Source: Leucoraja erinacea (taxonomy: Eukaryota). From it: 64,000 nucleotides of DNA. The notes under the pieces were generated by a model. That model was not told where the DNA came from. It saw nothing but the letters and a program-made list of their open reading frames with translations, and ran no database searches. This document shows, piece after piece, positions 23,810-35,205 of this stretch. The first letter of the stretch is position 1, and each line of letters opens with the position of its first letter. A program made the position numbers and the translations under genes. The stretch covers positions 44,888,001 to 44,952,000 of the forward strand of contig NC_073379.1 in assembly GCF_028641065.1 (NCBI RefSeq), written 5' to 3'.

Positions 23810-24917
23810 AGCAGATTGAGACGTGAATTGGCCAAGATTGACTGGCAATTAATTCTAAAAGGGTTGACGGTGGATATGCAATGGAAGACAATTTACAATA
23901 TACATATTAATGATATATTAAAAGCTATTTACAATATATATATTAATGATCTGAATGAGGGAATTGAAGTCAATATCTCCAAGTTTGCGGATGAAACTAA
24001 GCTGGGGGGCAGTTAGCTGTGAGGAGGATGCTAGGAGACTGCAAGGTGACTTGGGTAGGCTGGGTGAGTGGGCAAATGTTTGGCAGATGCAGTATAATGT
24101 GGATAAATGTGAGGTTATCCATTTTGGTGGCAAAAACAGGAAAGTAGACTATTATCTAAATGGTGGCCGACTAGGAAAAGGGGAGATACAGCGAGACCTG
24201 GGTGTCATGGTACACCAGTCAGTCATTGAAAGTAGGCATGCAGGTGCAGCAGGCAGTGAAGAAAGCGAATGGTATGTTAGCTTTCATAGCAAAAGGATTT
24301 GAGTATAGGAGCAGGGAGGTTCTACTGCAGTTGTACAGGGTCTTGGTGAGACCACACCTGGAGTATTGCGTACAGTTTTGGTCTCCAAATCTGAGGAAGG
24401 ACATTATTGCCATAGAGGGAGTGCAGAGAATGTTCACCAGACTGATTCCTGGGATGTCAGGACTGTCTTATGAAGAAAGACTAGATAGACTTGGTTTATA
24501 CTCTCTAGAATTTAGGAGATTGAGAGGGGATCTTATAGAAACTTACAAAATTCTTAAGGGGTTGGACAGGCTAGATGCAGGAAGATTGCTCCTGATGTTG
24601 GGGAAGTCCAGGACAAGGGGTCACAGCTTAAGGATAAGGGGGAAATCCTTTAAAACTGAGATGAGAAGAACTTTTTTTCACACAGAGAGTGGTGAATCTC
24701 TGGAACTCTCTGCCACAGAGGGTAGTCGAGGCCAGTGCATTGGCTATATTTAAGAGGAAGTTAGATGTGGCCCTTGTGGCTAAGAGGATCAGAGGGTATG
24801 GAGAGAAGGCAGGTACGGGATACTGAGTTGGATGATCAGCCATGATCATATTGAATGGCGGTGCAGGCTCGAAGGGCCGAATGGCCTACTCCTGCACCTA
24901 ATTTCTATGTTTCTATG
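23810..24917 (+). mobile_element. CR1 LINE 3' portion (RT C-terminus)
   Basis: YINDL...[38 protein letters not shown]; TTTCTATG tail. Confidence 0.92.
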
Positions 24918-25139
24918 AGTGATAGATATGTAAAAAAAGTAACGATGATAAAGGAAACAGGCCGTTGTAAGCTTTGCCTTCCAAGTATGTTGCCTGACCC
25001 ATTAAGTTTCTCCAGCACTTTGTGTGGTGCTCAAGATTTTAGCCTCTGCAGTTTCTTGTATCTCCAAAGTCTTACCAGTGTAGGCTAAGTGCAGCGGACA
25101 GAGAAAGTTCTCATATTAAAAAGATATATTGGACCATGT

Positions 25140-25275
25140 TCGGGAGTGACCATACAATGTCGAAGAACTTTCAAAGCCAAGATTGGACTCATAAGCCACC
25201 TGAGAATGCATAAAAAAAACAACAGAACATAGATCATCATCCTCGACCTCGAGGGATAGCCACAACGACAATCAA
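25140..25275 (+). mobile_element. RTE-type LINE 3' remnant
   Basis: CRRTFKAKIGLISHLRMH zinc-finger-like C-terminus followed by GATCATCATCCTCGACCTCGAGGGA. Confidence 0.6.
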
Positions 25276-26274
25276 GTCCTCTCATCTGCAGATTTAGTCC
25301 ATAGGGTAATTGTGGCTAAACAATGTGGCACTATCTCCAGTTAATGAAAGTGCCTTGTCTACATTGTTCAGGACATCATCTTGGGATTTGTCATAGGACT
25401 TCATTTATAATTTATTTTACTTTGTAGGCAGTCTCTCAGAATTAAGCCTGAATCATTTCTGTTCTATTTTCGGAGCTGCCAAATAAGGGCAATGTGGGAA
25501 GAGCAGACTCTGCCATAGTTGGGGACTGATGGAATGGGGAGGTGAGTAGTTTGTGAAGTGGCAAAACCCACCTACTGCTGACACTGACCTTCAGTCTGTC
25601 CTGAAGCATAGCTCTGAGATTCTCAATACCATTCCATAATATTCCTCCTCCACTTTGAGCAGTGATGGGCCGGAGATTCCCAGGAGCCAGTAGTGATGTC
25701 AGTAGTGAAACTTTGAGCTATGAGTATAAGCTTGCAATATCACTTCCTCACCTCACTTTCACATCACTTTCCCCTCTGGCCCCTTTAGTCTTTCCAGATT
25801 CCATCTTTGAGTTCACATTCTTTCTGCACTTCTCCATGTTCAGTTCTAGGATTTGGTTGTCAACCAATGCCCATCATAAGCCCATGCACTCCCTCAACTA
25901 CTCAACTACATTGACAACAATGATCAATTCTCAGCCTGGACAAAGAAAGTCACAAAAGGACGTGAATGGTCACCCATGCAGTTCTCCTTCAGGGTATTTT
26001 TTGTTCAGCAGAAATTACAGCTGGTAATTTTACAACATATAAACAGGTTTAGAGTGCCTGAGCATGGGGACTGCCTGGGCCATTGTTTATGAAGGAAGTG
26101 AAGGGGCTTCAAGTCATCTTGGTGGGTGAAAGAAGTGTAGAGCATTGAACCTCCAATGTTAAAAGCAGATGGTTTGGGGCACAAACTGCCAAAGTGGTCG
26201 GAAGATTCAAAGACGTGAATCAGAAGCAGAAAGAATATGTTTCATGTTGGAGGATTAAACAGATAAGCAGCTTA

Positions 26275-26834
26275 AGGGCCAGTCCCACCAGCATGCGATT
26301 GCATGCGTCTAGCACGACCAAACGTGGTGGCTTGAGGTTCCACTTCCAACCGCGGAGCCGTCTGGAGTTGTGCGGGGCTGGTCCCGACATTATACTCACT
26401 AATCAGCCGGGCAGGAGGCGGGCCGACTGAATTTGGATGTCGCACGGTGTCAGGCGGCTACGTCATCACGCAACAGCACGCCGGGCGGTGATGTCATCGT
26501 GCAACGCCACGCGCTAGGCGTACGCCATCAAGACGCTGCGTACGGCGTCAAGACGCTGTGTACGGCATCGAGACGCTGCTTATGATGTCGAGACGCTGCG
26601 TACCCCCGTCGAGGTGCTGCGTACGGCCTCAATGCGGCTGCGGGCCGACAGGCCATTGTCGCGTGGAATTTTTGGACAGTGTCCATTTTTCGGAGCCCCG
26701 TGTGACCAGCCCCGCACAACTCCATACGCCTCCGGCGATCGAAGTGGGGACCGGCCCCGCGAGGCCGTATGGCTCAAGTGGCCACGTTAGTTTGCGATAG
26801 CCGCATGCAGTCGCATTCTGGTGGGACAGGCCAT
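26275..26834. mobile_element. PIF/Harbinger-like MITE (560 bp)
   Basis: About 33-bp imperfect TIRs AGGGCCAGTCCCACCAGCATGCGATTGCATGCG / CGCATGCAGTCGCATTCTGGTGGGACAGGCCAT; TTA on both sides; inner inverted repeat and a 20-21 bp tandem repeat. Confidence 0.8.
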
Positions 26835-26999
26835 TTAGTGTGTTAGAGCACAAGCCAACCTCTGACCCAAAGGCCAGGCACAAAGCTGACACTTTTAGTT
26901 GTAGTATATGAATCAATTGTCCATGCTAATTAACAGTAATGGAATGACTGCCAGGTTAAGTACACAACATTTTTAAAAATATCTTAGAATAATGACTAT

Positions 27000-27250
27000 G
27001 GGTGCTGTCATGACCACAAGTGCTGGCTGTACAGAGTTTTACGTTCTCCTCGTGACCTGCGTGGGTTTTCTCCGAGATCTTTGATTTCCTCCCACACTCC
27101 AAAAACCTACAGGTGTGTAGGTTAATTGGCTTGGTATAAATGTAAAAATTGGCCCTAGTGTGTGAAGTGTGGGGATCGCTGGTCGGTGCGGACTTGGTGG
27201 CCAAAGGGTCTGTTTCCACTCTGTATCTCTAAAACTAAAACTAGAACTGA
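27000..27250 (+). mobile_element. V-SINE, 5'-truncated
   Basis: V-domain and (TAAAAC)n tail. Confidence 0.8.
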
Positions 27251-27961
27251 ATTTTAATTCCACATTAGGCAAGCACATTTATACCTTCTCATTTTATCTC
27301 TCTTGGTTCCAGTATCTCAGCATCTGCTTGTTTCTGCACTCTACTCGTTGGCTTTTGTCAGGTAATCATCAGTTGAGACTATCTCTGTCTTGTATAGAGT
27401 TCAATACACAATGCATACTTGGTCACGTTGATTAAAATGACTCTAAAATAAATTGCACTAGCATGAAACTGTATATTCTATTCAGTATTCAGCAAAATAT
27501 TTTTCACAAAGCAAATTCACGGCTGATGTAATGCTCAATGATTTGCTCTTAATCATCTTCACAGAACTGCTTGTTCTGTTTTCGTTCCAATTTTCCTGCA
27601 GAATTGTTACAATTTTATGGCAAACTTATTGCATTTACAAATTACATAGAATCTATTGATCCATGAAAATAACTTCAAGTAGCCGAGGCTTCAAAATTCC
27701 TAATCTAAAATTCCGAATTCCTAATCAATGTGGAGCATAATAGCTTACAATAGGTGAGAACTGTGTGTTTACAGAGCAGAAATCGAACAAGTCATTAAAT
27801 TAGAGCAATACGGTTAGATGTTTTACATGTACCCCAACTTTATGTTGACATTTGCTACTACTTTCTATTCTCTACTCATGCTTTAAAACTGACTCCCATA
27901 AAACAACAACTCGAAACATAAAAATGCACAAAGCTTCACAACACTGAGAAATCATAACTAT

Positions 27962-28236
27962 GGGCCCTTCAGCCTACCGAGCCCACGTCGACCAGCGATC
28001 CCCATACAGTAGGTTCTATTCTACCGGTGACTAGGGATAATTTGGAGAAGCCAATTGAACTACAGACCTGCACATCCTTGGAATATGGGGGACGAAACTG
28101 GAGCACTCAGAGAACACCTATGTGGTCACAATGAAAACATACAAACTTCGTACAGACAAGCACCCGTAGTCAGGATCGAACCCAGGTCTCAGATGCTGGA
28201 ACGCAGCAACTCTACTGGTGCGCCACTGCTTCGCCC
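27962..28236 (-). mobile_element. V-SINE
   Basis: Same family motifs. Confidence 0.75.
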
Positions 28237-28320
28237 ATGTACTCTCTTTGATTCCTACACCATTGTTCTCAGCAATTAAATAGTTCCATCCGAGGAAGAA
28301 ATGAACTAAAAGAAACTCAC

Positions 28321-28387
28321 CTTGTGATCTGCAGAAGGCTATTACAAAAGTCGCGAGCAATCCTATTGGCAAAGCGGAGTCTGTCAT
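28321..28387 (-). CDS. Coding exon 1 (signal peptide) of an uncharacterised type I membrane protein
   Basis: ATG at 28387 in context CCAACATGA; translates MTDSALPIGLLATFVIAFCRSQ (hydrophobic core, small residues at end); strong phase-1 donor CAAG|GTGAGT at 28320-28315; possible upstream acceptor TTATTGTTTTCAG at 28408-28407. Confidence 0.7.
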
Positions 28388-28969
28388 GTTGGTTGAAATT
28401 GTTTTACTGAAAACAATAATTCTGAGGCCTGTTTAGATGTGACCTCTGATGCTGTCAGTTGTTAAATACCCAGGAATATGGATTTACAGAAACTTCTGCA
28501 AGGACTGGGTATTACTCTAAACGTTTTGGTAACTTCACACCAATGCCTTCTGACTTCCCTCCAGTTACTAGCTTTAGTTTTACAATGGGGATGTCACATA
28601 TTATTTCAAAATAGCTGAGCACTTTATCATTCTGCAGCTGGGCAGATTGCAGTCTACTGTGAGGTGGTTGGCATTTAACACAGCCACTCAAAACCTTGAC
28701 ATGGTTCCATCAAATTTTAGAGGGCTTAATTAATTGGAAACTTAATTTTCAAATACTTCCAATAATTTAGCACCTTATTGATTGAAGCACCTGAAATATC
28801 TCACAGGAATGCAATGTATATTGATTGAAACTATTCTTCGTGAAATACTCCTTCATTTGAGAATATAGAAAACTAAATATTTTCCACTTGAAGAATATGT
28901 TTGATTGAAACATCACAGAGTAATCCCAGTAATTTATTATATTGCAAGCCATACTGGACACCACAGAAA

Positions 28970-29215
28970 AGCAGCACAGTAATGATGTGGTGGAGTTGCT
29001 GCCTTACAAGGTTCAATCCTGATTACAAATGCTCCCGCACTCCAAACACGTACAGGTTGGTAGGATAATTTGCTTAGTTAAATAACTTAGATAATTGTAA
29101 AATTGTCCCTAGTGTGTAGGACAGTTCTAGCCTAAGGGTTGATCTCTGGTTGACGCGGACTCGGTGGGTAGAATGGCCTGTTTCCGCACTGCATCTCTGT
29201 CTATAGTAAAGTAAA
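28970..29215 (+). mobile_element. V-SINE, internally deleted
   Basis: Head GAGTTGCTGCCTTACA and tail GGCCTGTTTCCGCACTG. Confidence 0.7.
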
Positions 29216-29497
29216 GACTCTCAACAATTTAGTCCCAATGCCTAACATGCCTAACATTTTTGGAAACACAATGATTTTTATGAATTTGATGTTTATCCAA
29301 TGGGAATTTTAGTGGTAAAACTTCTGGGAATATAGGGAAAAGTCAGTATTACCATCTTAAACCTCTGTAAAAAAGACAATGGCTTTGTGGCTTCTAAGGG
29401 ACTCCACCAGCGTGCCTTTGTGTCACTTGGATTACAGAGACTTAGCTACATTTTAAAGACTTGTGGACCAAAGCCTTTATCCCAAGTGCAATTTGGA

Positions 29498-29690
29498 TTA
29501 AAGATACAACATGGAAACACCATCAGCCCTTCAGCCCTCAAGTTCACCCCACTCATTGATCATCCTTTCACACTAGTTTTATGTTATCCCACTTTCTCGT
29601 CTACTCTAAACACAGGCAATTTTACAGAGGCCAATTTAGCGACAAACCTGCATGTCTTTTGGATGTGGGCAGAAACTGGAGCACCAATAG
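29498..29690 (-). mobile_element. V-SINE fragment
   Basis: 3' half of the family sequence. Confidence 0.6.
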
Positions 29691-31138
29691 TTAAAAAACA
29701 TCAGCGTAAACTTTTCATGAATTGGAACGGAAAATTCACCGAGCACATTGGAATAATGTTCAGTGGATATGTAACCAAAGTTTACATTTTAACTCTGTTG
29801 AGGACAACTCCCTAAAGGATCCAACAATAAGAAAAAAATAGTATTCTTCATCAATCTGACACGAAACGTTACCTATCCATGTACTCCTGGGTTGCTGCAA
29901 GTCCCGCTGAGTTACTCCAGCACTTTGTGCCTTTTTTTGTAAATAATCATCAGCAGGCGCCTGTTTCTACAAAAAAGAATAGTTTCTGTGAACTGGCAAT
30001 AAGTCTTTAACTCTGAATATTGGGTTGACATATTAAGTAATCACGAGTTCAGTGAGATGCTGGCTGTCTTTCACATTTTGGGTCACAGAAGCCTTTCCAA
30101 TAACAAAGGACAAATGACGGTGTTCAGTTTGAGCCCTTTCACTGTTGATCTTCACACCATTCTGTTCCTGTTCTACACACCATTCCTCAAAAGATGTTTG
30201 AAAATGCAACAACTGCTGGGAGTATTGAATACCTCTCAATTAACTTCCTTGTTGTTTGTGATGACAGACTTCATCATCAATGTATGTGGAGTTCTTTTGA
30301 ATGAAACTGGTGACAGACACATGGCCATTTTAATGATATCTGCAGAAATCAATAACAGCAATAAAATTGTCCCTCATGGACACGTTGAAAACAGGCAGGT
30401 ACTAAGGTCAACCATTTGCTCGATAGTCTTGAAAACAAACTGATAGTTCACTCAGATTAATGATCTACCGAAGTCCAATCTCCTTTCAAGAAAGTTTGCA
30501 GCATCCTTTTGCACAGCCACACCAGCAATTCAATTCTGGTGGAAATGATACACTGGTGGTACTGGTTGAGGCAATAACCCGTGTTTGCAACATTGGTTGG
30601 GAATGAACTGCAGGCAAAACAGCTGAGAGCAGCAATAACTCTGTAATCCACTGACAATGCTGCTCCTCCCTTGAAGGTGCATTGCTCCTTCCTCACTGCA
30701 GTTAAGGATGTTGCTTCCTGCTGGGCCAAAGTGAGCTGAGGTTATTTTTCAATGCTAAGAGATCAAGATTTATTTTGGGATATGAATTCAGTCTGCTGGT
30801 TAGATCATGTATGCAGTGAGTCTAAATCAGTTGGATATTCCCAAATAGGAGCCAGGCCCAAACCTGTTTAATGAGCACACACAGGAAATCTAATGCAATG
30901 GTAGATCCATTACTCTCCATTGAGACAATTATCCTCTGTCATTCGGAGGATAGGAGATAGGGCCTCTGTTGCAACCTGATTTGTGCTGATCTACTTGTGT
31001 GTTTCTTTTATATGTGATGTATCTCCCCTATCGTGAAATCTTAAATCTTAAATCTTTTATATGTGATGTATTTCCCATATCATGAAATCTTAAATGTGAA
31101 GCACTCTCTTTCCCCCCGAAACAAAGTAATTTGCAAAA

Positions 31139-31252
31139 TGTGTAGGAAGGAAATGCAGATGCCAGTTTAAACCAAAACACTGAAATAACTCAGCATCTCT
31201 GGAGAAAAGGAATAGGAGATATTTCGGGTTGAGGACCCTTCTTCAGACTGAA
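31139..31252 (-). mobile_element. Penelope terminal-repeat fragment with a minimal hammerhead-like core
   Basis: Minus strand CTGAAGA-A-GGGT-CCTCA-ACCC-GAAATATC (31246-31218). Confidence 0.6.
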
Positions 31253-31409
31253 ATACTGCCCACTTACAACAACTGTATTCAAAATATATTATTCAAAAAG
31301 CTTCCATTTCATGTACGTGGGCCTCCAGACAGGCATGGAAACCTAATACAGTTTCAGTGGATGCTATACTTTCATCTCATTGGGGTTAGAAATATGAGAG
31401 CACCCATCT

Positions 31410-32165
31410 GTCAAGAGTTTTTAATTGTCATATGTACCTGCAATGGAACAATGACATTCTTGCTGCAGCTTTTCAGGCCTATCAACACAATTACACACAG
31501 ATAAATATATAATATTCATAACACAATAAATTAATAAACATAATACTAGATAATGATAATAGTGCAAAGCCAAAGTCTGTTGTGCAATCAAAGACATGGC
31601 TCATAGGAGATCATAGTTAATGTTGTGTAATGTTCAAGATTCAATTCAAAAGTCAAGAGTGTTTTATTGTCATATGTCCCAGATAGGACAATTAAATTCT
31701 TACTTGTTACTTGTTACAGCACAACAGAACATGTAAACATAGTACACAACGGGAGAAAAAGTTCAATGTGTATATATACACATACTTAATAAATAAACAA
31801 ATTAATAAATAACCAAATATAGCTTGATAATAGCTGGGCATAAAGCTGTTCTTGGACCTGGTAGCCACTGTTCCAAACCACTGTACCTTCTTACTGATGG
31901 TGGTAGCATAACGTCTTTCAATTTCTGTTCCCGGGCATTTGGGTTGACGAACCAAGCCCTCTACCGTACACCTGTAGAAATTCAATAGACATACCAAATC
32001 TCCTCAATCTTTTAAGGAAGGAGAAGTGTTGGTGAGCTTTCTTTGTGATTACCTTGACATGCTGGACCCAACACAGATCTTCAGATATGCATGTTCATGA
32101 AGCTAAAGCAGTTTACCCTTTCCACCTTTGTCCCGTCGATGAAGACAGCTTCGTCAATCCCAAGC
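31410..32165 (-). mobile_element. Rex1/Babar LINE fragments
   Basis: Reverse complement of the tail (GTCAAGAGTGTTTTATTG) and of LLNFYRCTVE, homologous to 17345-18270. Confidence 0.75.
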
Positions 32166-32623
32166 TTTCACTGGCCTAATAAGGTTGTACTTGGATGTCA
32201 TATGTGACCCTATATGGCTAGACTTCAATGTCTGATTACATCTGAGGATTGTCTCAAGCAGGAGGCTGAAGCAAAATCCGTAATAAGGCATCATGTCTTA
32301 TTACTGATAAAAGGTTACTAGGCCAACTTACTTGTACTGCCAGAGTCCAACATGGAAAAAGAACATGAGAGGGTGGATTAAGCAATGAAGGTTTCCTCCA
32401 CGGTGAATCTAATAACATCATCTCTGCTGCTCTTGTTTTACATGTAAATTAAATTGGTATGAAATATTCTTGTATATTCTACGGTCTCCTTCTGGTGATG
32501 AGGCATTGGGTTAGTTCACTGAGAAACTGTGGAAAGTAGTTGAAGCATTCGCAGTGCATTTGTTTTATGTATTTGTCCATGCATTGTAGGTGTCCTTGAT
32601 AAACACAAATCTTTTTTTTCCTT

Positions 32624-32816
32624 GACAGACTCAAAAAGCTAGAGTAACTCAGCGAGACAGGCAGCATCTCTGGAGAGAAGGACGGTGATTCTAAGGGTCT
32701 CGACCTGAAACGTCAGCCATTCCTTCTCTTCAGAGATGCTGCCTGTCCCGCTGAGTTACTTCAGCTTTTTGTGTCTATCTTTGGTTTAAATCAGCATCTG
32801 CAGTTCCTTCTTACAC
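32624..32816. mobile_element. Penelope-derived fold-back element
   Basis: About 55-bp inverted arms around AAGGGTCTCGACCTGAAACGTC; flanked by imperfect direct repeat TT(T/A)TTTTCCTT. Confidence 0.8.
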
Positions 32817-33059
32817 CTTATTTTCCTTTCCTAGTTGTCATTGAACTGAGGAGTTATTTAACAATCAACTGCATTGGTGAAACTTGACTCAATGATAAGC
32901 CAGAACCATAAGCATGATGAATTTCCTCCCTGAAGGAAATTAGTAAATCAAAAGTATTTTCCTCATAAAAATTGTAATTTCATGGTTTTATTCCAGATTA
33001 CTTGGTTATATTCCTCAACCACCATGGCATGATCTGGTCATGTCTCCTGTTCAAACTGC

Positions 33060-33250
33060 ACGTGCTGCCTCAAGTGGTGCTGCTATCTCACAGCTCCACG
33101 GACCCAGGTTCGATCCTGAACTCAGACAGCGTTTGTGTGGAGTTTTCATGTTCTCATTGGGACTGTGTGCGATTTCCCCAGGTGTTCCGGTGTCCTTCCA
33201 AAGAGGTGCTGGGAGGTTAATTATCAACTTTAAATTGCCCCTTGGTGTGG
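33060..33250 (+). mobile_element. Old V-SINE
   Basis: CCCAGGTTCGATCC B box and TGTGTGGAGTTTTCATGTTCTC V-domain. Confidence 0.7.
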
Positions 33251-33414
33251 GTTGGGTGGCAAAGAAGTAAAAATGGGAAGTCTTTAGGTGTGTGATAGAG
33301 AATTAATTACAGGACAATGGAGGAGTAAATTGAAGGGGAATGGGAGTAAAGGGATTCCTATGATGGGCGTCAGCAAAGATCAGATGGACCACATGGCCTC
33401 CTTCTCTTGTCAAA

Positions 33415-33630
33415 ATCAAACCGCTGGAGGAACTAAGTGGGTCAGGCAGCATGTGTGGAGGCAGAGGGATAGTAAAATTTTGGGTTGAGATTGTGCATCA
33501 GAACACATGCATTGACTCGGTCGACATGCAAGCTCCCAACCTGAAATGTCGACCATCACTCTGCTTCTACTGATGTTTCCTTATCTGCTGGGTTCCTCCA
33601 GAATTTTGTTACCATCATCTGCAGTTTATT
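33415..33630. mobile_element. Decayed Penelope fold-back element
   Basis: CTGGAGGAACT...GGCAGCAT arm inverted against GATGTTTCC...GTTCCTCCAG. Confidence 0.6.
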
Positions 33631-34304
33631 TTGTGGCCTCCATATACTGGATACTTCAGGCCTCTGGATTACTTAACTATCCTGAACAAAATATGGGATC
33701 CATCCAATACCAAAATAATAGCTAATTTGTTCTGCTTGCAGAAAAACCAATAAAAAATGTTTTGCCGATCAAAGATGGGCTATCTTAATGCTAAATTTAA
33801 CATTGCTATGTCTTTTTAATGATTGTAAAATGATTGTTGAATCTGTACCTTTTCATTATGACTGACCACTTAAATGGGAACAAACTAGAAAAAGAGCACG
33901 GACTTAAAAATGCAGAACTTTCCAGTAAATTATTGAGATTACTATTATTGAGATGATTAACTAAGTTCCTAAGCTCCCACATATCTCAAATAGTTTTGAA
34001 AAAATCATCTAAATATATGTTAACAAGAGTCATGTATAGATTGGATGTTATAATCTAAGGTAGAGCAACATAACCAATGAAAAGCATGTGTAGATGTCTT
34101 GAGCACAATCACGGCAGAAAATAGAGCAGGAGAAGGCCATTCAGACCCTAGTGATCCTACCTCCGCTGTGCTGTTGGGTAGAGAATTGCAGAAATTCACT
34201 ACCTTCAGTGAGAATAAGTTCCTTCGCACCTCAGTTTCAAATAAACACCCCTTAAACTTGTAAGATCTCTGTAGTTCGTGAATCTCCTACCAGTGGATAC
34301 ATCC

Positions 34305-34582
34305 AGCATGGAAACAGGCCTTTCAGCCCACCGTGCCCATGTGGACCAACGACCACCCATACACTAGTTCTATTCCACACACTAGGGACAATTTACAGAA
34401 GCCAATTAACCTATCTATCACGCACTTCTTTGGAATGGGGGAGGAAATGAGAGCACCCGAAGAAAACACATGCAGTCACCAGAAGAAAATGTAAATTCCA
34501 TAAAGCAGCACCCGTAGTCAAGATTGAACCCGGGTCTCTTGCACTGTAAGACGGCAACTCTACATCTGCACCTCCATGCCAC
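34305..34582 (-). mobile_element. V-SINE (adjacent to a decayed CR1 3' end at about 34020-34300)
   Basis: Family motifs. Confidence 0.75.
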
Positions 34583-34917
34583 TTAGTGGAATGAATACGG
34601 TATGATTCATATGCCAATTATTTATTGGCCTTGGGCACCATCACATGATGTTGGGAAATATAAAAGCGGAGATTCATCCTGAATGAATGCGTTTGGTCAG
34701 TAAAAGGTAAGTAAGAAAAAAACAGAAGTGTTTAGAGACTGAATCTTGACAGGTTGCTCAGTGCTTAGATTGGCGCTACACCTTCCAGTTTACTACCATG
34801 GATGACTCTGCCAAGAGTGTACAGCTACTCAGTAGCGTTGCTCTAATAATCTTTGGTATACACAGGCCAATCCACCATGTTGAAGTGCCTGTCCAAAGTG
34901 CCAGCAGTTAATATAAC

Positions 34918-35205
34918 AGAAATAAGGGGTAGGCTATTTAGGACTGAGATGAGGATTTTTTTTTTCATCTACAGAGTTGTGAATCTGTGGAATTCTCTGC
35001 CTCAGAAGGCAATGGCCATTTCACTGGATGTTTTCAAGAGATAGTTAGATTTAACTCTTTAGGCTAAAGGAATCAATGGATAAGGGGAAAAAGCAGGAAT
35101 GGGGTATTGATTTTAGATGATCAGCCATGATCATATTGAATGGTGGTGCTGTCTCGAAGGGCTGAATGGCCTACTCTTGCACCTATTTTTCTATGTTACT
35201 ATGTT
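34918..35205 (+). mobile_element. CR1 3' end
   Basis: RVVNLWNSLP and CTATGTT tail. Confidence 0.85.

Noticed and set aside
25076-25109. 34-nt micro-exon candidate between exons 1 and 2 (donor CTG|GTAAGA)
   Set aside because: GAG acceptor is weak and inclusion shifts exon 2 into a frame ending at TAA after 10 codons, so it does not rescue the ORF.
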